Source: an uncultured virus (IMG/VR IMGVR_UViG_3300033158_000302) (Duplodnaviria > Heunggongvirae > Uroviricota > Caudoviricetes). From it: a stretch of DNA of 64,000 nt. Location of the stretch: IMG/VR virus record IMGVR_UViG_3300033158_000302. One strand, given 5' to 3'. The notes below the pieces were generated by a model. That model did not search any database. It was not told the DNA's origin and saw only the letters and a program-made list of their open reading frames with translations. Shown here piece after piece: positions 9,901 to 18,900 of the stretch (position 1 is the stretch's first letter; each line of letters opens with the position of its first letter). Both the position numbers and the translations under genes were made by a program.

Positions 9901-10488
9901 ATGCCATCATTCAGCGCGAGACGCCGGGAACGCTACGCCACCGACCCGGAATACCGGGCGCGCATCAACAAGCAACACCGCGAGTACCGCGCTAAAAACC
10001 GGGACCGGATCAACGCGCAGAACCGCGCCAATCATGCCGCCAACCCGGAACGCCAGCGTGCGGTAAACCGCGCATGGCGAGAGGCTAACGCCGAGAAGGT
10101 CGCCGAGCAGCAGCGCCGCCGTGATGCCCGCCGTGATCGCGCCAAGGACCGGGTGACTCGGCTCTACAGCAAGCACGGCATCACGCCCGAGGAATGGGCG
10201 GCGCTATGGAAAACGCAGGAAGGGCGATGCTTCCTCTGCGCCGCCGAGCTGGCAGCCGAGCCCTGCCGAAACGCCGTCCTCGACCATGACCACAAGTGCT
10301 GCGGCCCGCAAAGGTCCTGTTCAATCTGCCGGCGAGGGATCGCCTGCCAGGCATGCAACATGATCATCGGCTGGGCTCGGGATGACCCGCCCAAACTCCT
10401 GCACATCGCCGAGAATCTGGTGGTCGCCAACGAGGCGGTCAGTGCCAGGATCGCCGCCGCGCCCGTCCAAGACAGATTGTTCGACTGA
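9901..10488 (+). CDS. Endonuclease VII-family nuclease
   Basis: HGIT.EE...L...QEGRCFLC, LDHDH.CC, RGIAC..CN..IG motifs after a basic helical N-terminus. Confidence 0.85.
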   Translation: MPSFSARRRERYATDPEYRARINKQHREYRAKNRDRINAQNRANHAANPERQRAVNRAWREANAEKVAEQQRRRDARRDRAKDRVTRLYSKHGITPEEWAALWKTQEGRCFLCAAELAAEPCRNAVLDHDHKCCGPQRSCSICRRGIACQACNMIIGWARDDPPKLLHIAENLVVANEAVSARIAAAPVQDRLFD

Positions 10489-10503
10489 AAGTCAGCGTCT
10501 GGC

Positions 10504-10560
10504 TTGCAAATAGGTTCGACGACCGTATCCTAGCCACAGGCAGCCGTATGCCCAGGCACA
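10504..10560 (+). promoter_or_regulatory. Candidate sigma-70-like (late) promoter
   Basis: TTGCAA-N16-TATCCT in an AT-richer intergenic gap, followed by GGCAGCCGTATGCCC. Confidence 0.4.
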
Positions 10561-10716
10561 CATCTGGTGTGCTCCGCGCCAGCAGACGGGACCAGCGCCA
10601 GCCGTCCCGCGCCCAGCCTGTATCCCCCCCCATACAGGAGAAACCGGCCGGTGAAACACCAAAGCCCGCGCCCTACCCCCGAGCCCGGGTCCCCGGGCAT
10701 ACGGCACCCACACCTC

Positions 10717-11007
10717 ATGACCACCGGTCCCCGCTACACCCAAGACCCGGCCGGGCTGGTCTGCGAAGACTGCGGCGTCCTGGTCTTGCGCCGCGCCACC
10801 CACACCCGGTTCCATTCGATCATGAGTAGCTGGGCGTGGACGCTGGCCGTCCTGAAAACCAGCCACCTCGCCGCGCACGTGCACGACCGGTACGACGTCA
10901 CCGAACGGATCGACCGGCGCCGGTTCGACAACTGGAGCGCGGACGCGCTCGCCGAGGTCACCGGCCAGCAGCCGCCTGGTCCTCCACCGGATCATCAGCC
11001 CGGATAA
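10717..11007 (+). CDS. Hypothetical protein (CEDC...H..FH Zn finger)
   Basis: Codon bias. Confidence 0.55.
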   Translation: MTTGPRYTQDPAGLVCEDCGVLVLRRATHTRFHSIMSSWAWTLAVLKTSHLAAHVHDRYDVTERIDRRRFDNWSADALAEVTGQQPPGPPPDHQPG

Positions 11008-11416
11008 CCGCGTACAGGCGACCGCCCGGACCGTGCTCGGGGAAAAACGGGCGCTGCCCGGCGACCTGGAAAAACTCGCACGCCTCATGGGTTTCCACGT
11101 CGATGATGCGGCGCAGCAGCCACTCCTGCCACCGCGGCGCCGCCCATTCGTGGATCGGCGGCACCCCGAACCGGTGACACACCACAATCTTGCGGCCCGG
11201 GTCCCCGCTGTCCGCCGTCAGGACACTGATGACCAGCCGCAACGGCTCAGCCAGCACAACCGCCCCCACCGATGACGTCACCGGCGCCGCCGGCAGCGTG
11301 GAGACGGCACCGCACGACGAGGTACCCGTCACCCCCGACTCAAGCCGGAACCCCCAGCCCGCCTTGTACACCACCTGGCCGACCACCACCGCCAGAGCAC
11401 CAAACCCGCACGTCAT
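10958..11416 (-). CDS. Hypothetical protein, paralog of 46659-47105
   Basis: Shared Y..GW.F.L and W..WLL....VE.HEACEFF...GQRPF.P.HGPG motifs. Confidence 0.75.
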   Translation of the reverse strand: MTCGFGALAVVVGQVVYKAGWGFRLESGVTGTSSCGAVSTLPAAPVTSSVGAVVLAEPLRLVISVLTADSGDPGRKIVVCHRFGVPPIHEWAAPRWQEWLLRRIIDVETHEACEFFQVAGQRPFFPEHGPGGRLYAVIRADDPVEDQAAAGR

Positions 11417-11447
11417 AACCCCCGAGCCTAAAAGAAAGACCCGCGCC

Positions 11448-11774
11448 GTGCCTGACGTCCCCCTGCTGCGCACCGTCACCGAATGGTACTGCCCCAACTG
11501 CTCAACCACCGACACCACGATGGACGCCCCGCTCGCGCCGGGACAGGCAGGCATGGCCCGCATGCACACCTGCCCCGGGCTGCATATGCTGACCGCGCCG
11601 CTGATCCGCGCCGGAACCCGGTGCAAAGTCGAAGCGAACCTCCGCGAGGACTATCAGGGCCGCGAAATCACCCAGGACGGCGACGACCGACGCCCCTACT
11701 CCTCGGTCGTCACCACCCGCGACGAAGGCACCGACTGTGCGGTGCTGGCACCCTGCGCCCAGCTCTACGGCTGA
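11448..11774 (+). CDS. Conserved actinophage Cys-rich protein (EWYCPNC...HTCP)
   Basis: GTG start, codon bias, Cys motifs. Confidence 0.65.
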   Translation: MPDVPLLRTVTEWYCPNCSTTDTTMDAPLAPGQAGMARMHTCPGLHMLTAPLIRAGTRCKVEANLREDYQGREITQDGDDRRPYSSVVTTRDEGTDCAVLAPCAQLYG

Positions 11775-12480
11775 CGCCCCAGCGGCTGATAAATCAGCGC
11801 ACCTGGGCCGCCACCTGGATACGGCACGGTGATCGCCCACCGGCACGGCGCCGCCGGGCACGACGGCGACCAGCATTCCCCCGCCGCCACCGAAACCCCG
11901 GGCGCTGGCCCCGGCCCGGTCAGCAGCCCCAGGCACACCGGGCAGCGGCCCTCCGCGGTGCAGGCCCGCTGATGGTCCGCCCACGAACGCCAATCCGCCG
12001 GCGCCGCGTCACCGGACACATGCCCGGCCGGGACGTCCATGTTCAGCCGCAGCCAGCGCGCCGCCAGGGTCGCCGCCGCCCAGTTCACGACGGCCCCGCC
12101 AAACTCAGCGGCAGGCACGGCTCATCAGCATCATCGAAACGGACATGGCCGCCATGGGCCACATACAGTTGCGTGCCCCGCGCCTGGCCGTGCATCATCA
12201 CCAGGGCCTCCGCGATACCCAGCTCGGTGATCGCGACCGTCAGCAACGCCGCCACCTGACCGGCGGTCAGCCCCGCCTCACCGATGTCAGCGATCCGCAC
12301 CCACCCGGCCGGGGCGCTCACCGGGCCGCCGCGATCACGTCCACAGCCCACGCCCCGGAAATCCGCCCGTTCCGCCCGCACACCGGGCAATAGAAGGCGT
12401 CCATGTCAACCGCGAGGTCCGCGATCCGCAGACATCCCGGATGCTGCACCCCCGTCTTCGGCTGCCCCGGCCCCGGGCAC
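11765..12480 (-). CDS. Cassette of about three small reverse-strand ORFs (two with CPVC)
   Basis: Coupled minus-strand ORFs ending at 11765, 12085 and 12318; starts uncertain. Confidence 0.35.
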
Positions 12481-12596
12481 ACTTTCCCGCCCGGCGGCAC
12501 CACCAGCACACATTCGGTGAGTTCCACCAGGTCAGTGAACCGAGCCCGGACCGTCACTTCACCCACGCAACCCAGCCTAACCAGGAGGCCCCGCCT

Positions 12597-12998
12597 ATGA
12601 GCGCTGATGCTGGCGGCGCCGCCCCGCAGCCACACATCGAAACTTTCGGCGACCCGCCGCCACCGGTCGCCCCCGAAGGCTACATTCTCGTCCCCATCCC
12701 CCGCCCCAGCCCGCAACAGCAGGTCGACGGGGCCATCGAGCACGCCTCCATGCTCCGCGGCATCGCTGATGCCGCCCAAGCCGACCTGGCGCGGATGCGG
12801 GAACATGCCGAAGGGCAGCTCGCCGCCCAGCAGCAAGGCGCCGAACGGTGCGCCGCGGAAGCTGACGCCGCCGAGCAGTGGGCACGGGACCTGGCCGGCC
12901 AGCACGGCATCGACGTGCCCGCCGAGCTTCCCCGGCACGCCACCTTCGCGTTCCTCGATGAGGGACAGACCGGACCGGCGCCGGGAGGTGACCTGTAA
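12597..12998 (+). CDS. Hypothetical coiled-coil protein
   Basis: AGGAGG RBS. Confidence 0.65.
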   Translation: MSADAGGAAPQPHIETFGDPPPPVAPEGYILVPIPRPSPQQQVDGAIEHASMLRGIADAAQADLARMREHAEGQLAAQQQGAERCAAEADAAEQWARDLAGQHGIDVPAELPRHATFAFLDEGQTGPAPGGDL

Positions 12999-13498
12999 TG
13001 GCCTTCGCGAACTCCGCGATCATGAACGTGCTCGCGGACATCTTGCTGTACCCGCGTGCCTCAAACAATGCGAAGGTCTACTCCACCACCCTCAAGGCGG
13101 CGCTGTTCAACAACAGCGTCGCCCCCGACAACACGGTGGTGGCCGCCTCCGCCGCGTTCAACGCCGGCACCTGGCTCACGACCAACGAAGTCACCGACGT
13201 CACCAACTGGGTGAGCGGCGGGCGCGCCATCGGCACCCCCAGCTCCCCGCCATCCGGCGGATACAGCGCGCAAAACTACGTGATGCTCGATGCCGCCGAC
13301 ACCGCCGGAGGCGGCAACGTCACCATCGCCAACGCCTACGGCGACTTCGTCTACGACCCGAGCACATCCAACCCGGTCACTGGCCTCGGCCTCTGCTACC
13401 ACTACTACGGGGGATCGGCTCAAGGGGTCACCGCAGGGACCTTCACCGTGGTCTGGAATGTGTCGGGGATAATGCGCTGGACTCATACTCCGGCATAG
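12998..13498 (+). CDS. Putative virion structural protein (fibre-anchoring type)
   Basis: LKAALFNNS..PD, NEV, DAAD, GTFTVVW pattern common upstream of phage fibre genes; GGAGG RBS. Confidence 0.65.
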   Translation: MAFANSAIMNVLADILLYPRASNNAKVYSTTLKAALFNNSVAPDNTVVAASAAFNAGTWLTTNEVTDVTNWVSGGRAIGTPSSPPSGGYSAQNYVMLDAADTAGGGNVTIANAYGDFVYDPSTSNPVTGLGLCYHYYGGSAQGVTAGTFTVVWNVSGIMRWTHTPA

Positions 13499-13548
13499 CC
13501 TTACCTGCGAAAATAGGTCCGGACCCGTGGTCGAAAGGAGACTAGGCT

Positions 13549-13908
13549 ATGAGCGCACCAGCCGGGCCGAGCCCGTCGCTGCCCCGCTCCGACCTGATCG
13601 TTGAATTTTACGACGGCATCATGAGCGATACCTGGACTAGCCCGTGGTTCGACTCAGCCGGCGTCGACGCTGTACGAGTCCTGGTGCAGGGGGTCACTTC
13701 CGGATGGGGAGGTGCGGTCGAAGAGGCACTGGGTGACGTGGTGAATAGCGCCCACATCGCCTACGAGCACCCGCTAGAGTTCACCACCTACGGTAGCTGG
13801 CAGATGGCCGCCGCCGAGGTCAGCCTGACGGCCCGTTACTTCCGCCTGACCGTTGGCGGCCCGGATGACGAGTCGTTCCTTGTCGTAGCCAGGACGGTCC
13901 CGCAATAG
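13549..13908 (+). CDS. Hypothetical protein (atypical codon usage)
   Basis: AAAGGAG RBS; more A/T-ending codons. Confidence 0.6.
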   Translation: MSAPAGPSPSLPRSDLIVEFYDGIMSDTWTSPWFDSAGVDAVRVLVQGVTSGWGGAVEEALGDVVNSAHIAYEHPLEFTTYGSWQMAAAEVSLTARYFRLTVGGPDDESFLVVARTVPQ

Positions 13909-13926
13909 TCCTGATCGCTACTGGAC

Positions 13927-14100
13927 TCACACCGCTGCGTGACCGCTGTGCCGGATGGGCGCGTCACCGTAAATCGCACCCAGATGCGGCGTGGCGCCGT
14001 GCCGGGCAGCCAGCACCGCCACCGCCAGCGCGACGAGCGCGAACAGCGCGGCGAGCAGCAGCACGACGGCCGGGGGCAGGCGCTTCAGGTAGATACGCAT
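13927..14100 (-). CDS. Small membrane protein
   Basis: AAGGAA upstream on the minus strand; single TM helix. Confidence 0.5.
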   Translation of the reverse strand: MRIYLKRLPPAVVLLLAALFALVALAVAVLAARHGATPHLGAIYGDAPIRHSGHAAV

Positions 14101-14385
14101 GGGGGCTCCGTTCCTTGTTGCGGCTAACCGGGGCACCATACCCGGCTAGAAGATCATGTGCTAGCAGCGGTGGCGTTATCCGCCAGGACCCCGCGCGAAA
14201 GAAGCCGTGCGATGGAAGCTCTCGTCGATGGCCAGCCCGGCCCCGATGAATGCTGGGAAGAACTAGCCGAGCACGCCCTCACCCACGACAACCTGCCGTC
14301 CGCTGCCATACCGGACACCCACCCGCTGGTGCCTGAGACACACAGTGATGAAATGCGTGCTGTCCGGCACCTGACCGGCTGAGAA

Positions 14386-15138
14386 ATGCCGCTCGTCGCT
14401 GTCTCAATCACCGGCGGGGCTGCCGGTGACCTTGTCGCTGGCAGCCTGGGTTTCACCGGCGGCACCGGGCACGGCGCGCCTCTGCTGCAAAACACCAACA
14501 GCACCACAACCATCACGCTGACGGGTGTCGCGGCCTCTAGTGTCATGGCCGCGTTCCTCGCGACCGGCTCCGGTCTCACCGCCTGCACCACCGGTGCCGG
14601 CCGGTATCTGGCTAACGTCTCCAGCAGCTACTACACCGGCAACAGTGCTGGCGCCACGAATACCGGCAGCGGGTCGGTTACCTGCGCCTGGTCCGGTGGC
14701 GGCACGACCTGCGCGATGCTGGCCGTCGAAGTCCTCAACGCCACCTTCGATGTCTGCCAGCCCGGGTCCAGCGGTGCCAGCAACTCCGGTTCGGCGAGCC
14801 TGAGCTGGACGCACACGCCCGGCGCCGGATTTAACAGCAGCGGCGGGGTCATCCTCGTCGGCGTCGACGTAGACGCCAGCAACGACAGCATCCTCAGTTG
14901 CGCTGTCACCTACGGTGGCACGCCCATGACCTCCCTGGGTAAGGAAGAAACCGGCAGCCCCAGCGGCTCCGGGTATCTGCAAGTCTTCTACCTGCTGGTG
15001 GCCGGCATAAATACGAGCCCGGCGTGGGCGGCCAGCCAGGACATCGCCGGTTCCGGCACCGGTTCCTGGACCAACCCGGGCAACGTGCTGACCGGCGGCG
15101 GGTCATCTGGCCCGTGGGCGACCTGGACCGCACCCTGA
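14386..15138 (+). CDS. Putative fibre/receptor-binding structural protein
   Basis: Gly/Ser/Thr-rich beta-strand composition. Confidence 0.6.
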   Translation: MPLVAVSITGGAAGDLVAGSLGFTGGTGHGAPLLQNTNSTTTITLTGVAASSVMAAFLATGSGLTACTTGAGRYLANVSSSYYTGNSAGATNTGSGSVTCAWSGGGTTCAMLAVEVLNATFDVCQPGSSGASNSGSASLSWTHTPGAGFNSSGGVILVGVDVDASNDSILSCAVTYGGTPMTSLGKEETGSPSGSGYLQVFYLLVAGINTSPAWAASQDIAGSGTGSWTNPGNVLTGGGSSGPWATWTAP

Positions 15139-15155
15139 CCTGGAAGGACCCCCTG

Positions 15156-15452
15156 ATGGCGATCGGTAACGACCCGGACCAGGAACAGCTCAACGTGTAT
15201 GCGGCCGTGGTTGCGCAGGCGTGGGCGGCGGTGGCCCGGCAGACTCTCGGCCTGCAAAACTATGTGTCGGTCAAGCTCGGGCAGTCCGGCCTGGTCGCGA
15301 AGGGGTTCACCGCCGACGACGCCAGCACCCTGATCACCATGTGCAACTACATGGGGACGCTGGCGGGAGTGTATGGGGGGACCGCAACCCAGCCCAGCCA
15401 GTTTGATTTCGCGGACGCGCTGGTCACGCTGACCGGCCCGTTCGTGACCTGA
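15156..15452 (+). CDS. Small helical protein, paralog of 63210-63503 (putative fibre chaperone)
   Basis: GAAGGA RBS; G...D...TL......L..VY.G.A.QP....D....LT pattern shared with 63210. Confidence 0.6.
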   Translation: MAIGNDPDQEQLNVYAAVVAQAWAAVARQTLGLQNYVSVKLGQSGLVAKGFTADDASTLITMCNYMGTLAGVYGGTATQPSQFDFADALVTLTGPFVT

Positions 15453-15463
15453 CCCTCCCTGGG

Positions 15464-15868
15464 TCAACCTCCGTACGCTGGCCCGTAATTGACCATCCAC
15501 GAGAACGCCAGATAGAACGTAGCCGCCAGTTCGGCATCTGTAACATTCTGGCCGCTGACGATAATCCCGTTACTACAGCCGAACTGGTCGGCTGGCGGTC
15601 CCCCGTCAATCTGAAACTTGCTAATGAGGAGAGAACCGTCACTTGGGGTCCAGCACTGGCTGGGCTGGGCCGGGACGGCGTTGGAACCGGGGACAGAGAA
15701 CGGCAGCATAATCGGGAAGTCCGTGAACGATTCATGGGCAGTAAAGGAAACGGACACGGGCACTGGGACGCTCGACCCTGGCGATCCCTGAAACTGTCCG
15801 ACCGCGAAGTAATTGAGGTTGGAGTAGGCCGTAAGCCAATCCGTATCGGTCATGGTGATAACAGGCAT
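15464..15868 (-). CDS. Hypothetical protein (lower-GC reverse-strand insert)
   Basis: ORF filling the gap between structural genes, with distinct composition. Confidence 0.55.
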   Translation of the reverse strand: MPVITMTDTDWLTAYSNLNYFAVGQFQGSPGSSVPVPVSVSFTAHESFTDFPIMLPFSVPGSNAVPAQPSQCWTPSDGSLLISKFQIDGGPPADQFGCSNGIIVSGQNVTDAELAATFYLAFSWMVNYGPAYGG

Positions 15869-15901
15869 GACTAGACGGTACCGGGAACAGGTGAGCACCC
15901 G

Positions 15902-18900
15902 GTGACTATTCAGTGCCGCGGCTGGAAAACGGCCACCAACTCGCACGGCTCCGCCACCTCGGTCGCGACCAGCTACGCGAGCATGAACGGCGGGACGGCC
16001 CCGCAAGCCGGTGACCTGATCGTCTGCGTGCTGCTGGTAACCGCCGCATCAGAAACGATCACCAAGTCGGCGGGTACCGGCACCTGGACGATCCCCGCCT
16101 CCACCAGCAACGCCGCCACCCAGCCGTTCACCTCAACGGTCGCCTACTCGCAGATGGCGGCCGGGGACACCGCCCCCACCTTCGCGTTCGCGTCCGCGTC
16201 CTACTCCTACATGCTGTTCTCCCTGTACTCCGACGCCGGCGGCAGCGTCACCTTCGACACCCAGGCCACCGTCAAAGTCGACACGACCGGGGCGACCAGC
16301 CACACCCCCAACACGGCGTCCGCGTCCACCGCCGCGGACGGCGCGATCGTCTGTAACGCCGCCCGGTACCAGACATCCGGGGCTTCAGCGATCACCGTCC
16401 CCACCCCGTGCTCGGGATATTCGGCGGTGTACTCGTCCGGCGGCATCGGCGGATATGCGGGCGCATCCGGCTATTACGCGAACTCGTGCAGCGCCTACAT
16501 CAAAAAACCGGTCGGCTCCGGCACCATAACCCCCGGCGCGGAATCATTCAACGAAACCGTCGCCAACAACGCCTACCTGGTGCTGGTCAAGGAAACCCTC
16601 CCGGAAACCTCCCCCGGCCTGGAAACATACGGGTTCCCGATCAGCGGGCCTGGCGCTGGCGACACGATCAACTCGGTCACCGTCTCGGTCACCGAACATC
16701 AGTCGAACGCCGCCCAGCAGCCCTGCTCGATCCAGTTGTGGGACGGGACCAGCGCCCAGATCGGTACCACCCAGACCGGCACCGCATCCACATCCACGTC
16801 GAATGTGAGCACGGCCACCTGGACCGGGGTCACCTACAGCCAGCTTGCAACGTTGCGGGTCCGGGTGTTCGGCACCGCCCTGGCCGGGTCCGGGTATGTC
16901 GAATCCGTCGACGGCGTGTCCGTCGTCGTCAACTACACCCCGGCCTCCGGCGGCGCCACAACGGTCACCCCGGGCTGCCCGGCCGGGGCTGGCACGGCGC
17001 CCGCACCCACCATCGCGACCGCTAAAACCGTCACCCCGGGCTGCGCAGCCGGAACCGGCGCCGCGGCAGCGCCCACGGCAGCGACCGGCAAAACAGCGAC
17101 CCCGGGCTGCCCGGCCGGGACCGGCAGCGCCCCGGCGCCCACCCTGACCACCGCCGCATCGGTCAGCGCCCCGTGCCCCGCCGGGACGGGGACCGCGAGC
17201 CCGGCAACAGCGGTGCCGGGCAGGACAGCGGTCCCCGGCTGCCCGGCCGGAACCGGCACTGCCCCGGCACCCACCGTGGCCACGCACGCCTCGGTCAGTG
17301 CCCCGCAAGCCACCGGGACCGGCAGCGCACCAGCCCCGGCCCGTGCGGTCACCGTGAACGCCGGGGCCGCCACCGGCGCCGGCACCGCCAGCGGCCCGAA
17401 AATCGTCGCCTACCGGGTCTACCAGTCCGGCGGCGGCGGGGCAGCCACCCAGGCGATGGCCGCCACCACCGCCGGCACCACCCTGATCGCCACCTCGACC
17501 AGCGCCAACGTGGTCGGCACCTGCACGGCAACCGACGGCACCCACACCTACACACTGTCCCAGGCGGTTTACACTGCCGGGCACGGCGGCGGCTACACCG
17601 GCGTGTACTTCCTGCCGAACTGCCCGGCGGGGCTGACCAGCGTCACCGTCGCCGGCGCCCAAACCGTGGGTTTCTATGAGGTCGGCGGCCTCGATCTGGT
17701 CACCCCGGTCGCCGGGGTCACCACCGGCGGCAGCGCCTCTACCACCTCGTTTTCGTGCGCGAGCGCGGCCACCGGCCCGAACCAGTTCTCCGTGTTCATG
17801 ATGTGCTACAGCGCATCCAACGGGGGAACCGCACGCACCACCGGCCTATCGGGCGACTTCATCACCTCCTGGTATGCGCAGGAGGCATACCGGATCGGCA
17901 CCACCGCCCCCTCAGGAACACTGTCCGGCACCGGCAGCTATGACTGCGCGATGGTGGCGTTCAACCCGGCCGGCACCACCGCCGGGGCCACTTGGGCCGG
18001 TATCCAGTTCGTCGCCAAACGCGGCGCCGCGAAAGTCACGGCCGCCGCCGCCAGCCTGCCGCTCAACCCGAACGGCACCATCGCCGCCGGCAACACCGCA
18101 TTCGCCTCGATCCACTTCGGCGCCTACGACATCGCCGGGGTCAAAGACACCGGCGGCAACGTCTGGCATGTCGACACCCGGTACGGTGGCGGCGCCATCT
18201 GCCACGCCTACCTCACCACCGCGCTCACCGCCGCCGACACGGTCACCGCGGTGCTGACCGGCGCCGCCACCGGCACCATCGAACTGCTGGAGTTCTCCGG
18301 CGTCAGCCAGTACGCGGCGCTCGATAACGACGCCCGCGGCTGGGCGACCGCCACCGCCACCAACATCACGCCCGGCACGTTCAACGGCACCACCGCCCCC
18401 AACATGCTGGTGCTCACGCACGGGGTCAGCTCCGCCGACATCAGCACCACCGTCACCTGGACGCCGCCGCCCGGCTGGATTGAGGAAACCACCGGCCTGT
18501 CTCCCGGCAACGTCACCGACTGCGCCTGGACGATCGCCTCTGTCGGCACCGGCCAGTTCTTCTCCCCGAAGTGGACGCAAGGCGCCGCGATCGTCATGAC
18601 CGGCATCACCTTGTGTTTCCTGCCGAAACAGGGGGTCACGCAGGCCAAGCAGACCCCCGCCACGGCCGGGGTGTACCGGGGGCCGTGCGGCATCTACGCC
18701 CAGGACGAGAAAGGATCCACCGCCGGCGGTGCCGCATCCGGGATCCTCGCCTACGAAAACTGGCTCGGCCACCACATCCAGTACCCGCTCGACTACATCG
18801 GCGACGCCCCTGCGAGCTGGTCCGACTTCGAAAACGGCATCCTCGGCCAGCCCATCGCCGGCTACACGTACCTGTCAAGCTGGGGCGGCACGTTCCTGTC

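Noticed and set aside
14158..14382. 74-aa plus-strand ORF
   Set aside because: Weak RBS and codon bias; could not support it as a gene
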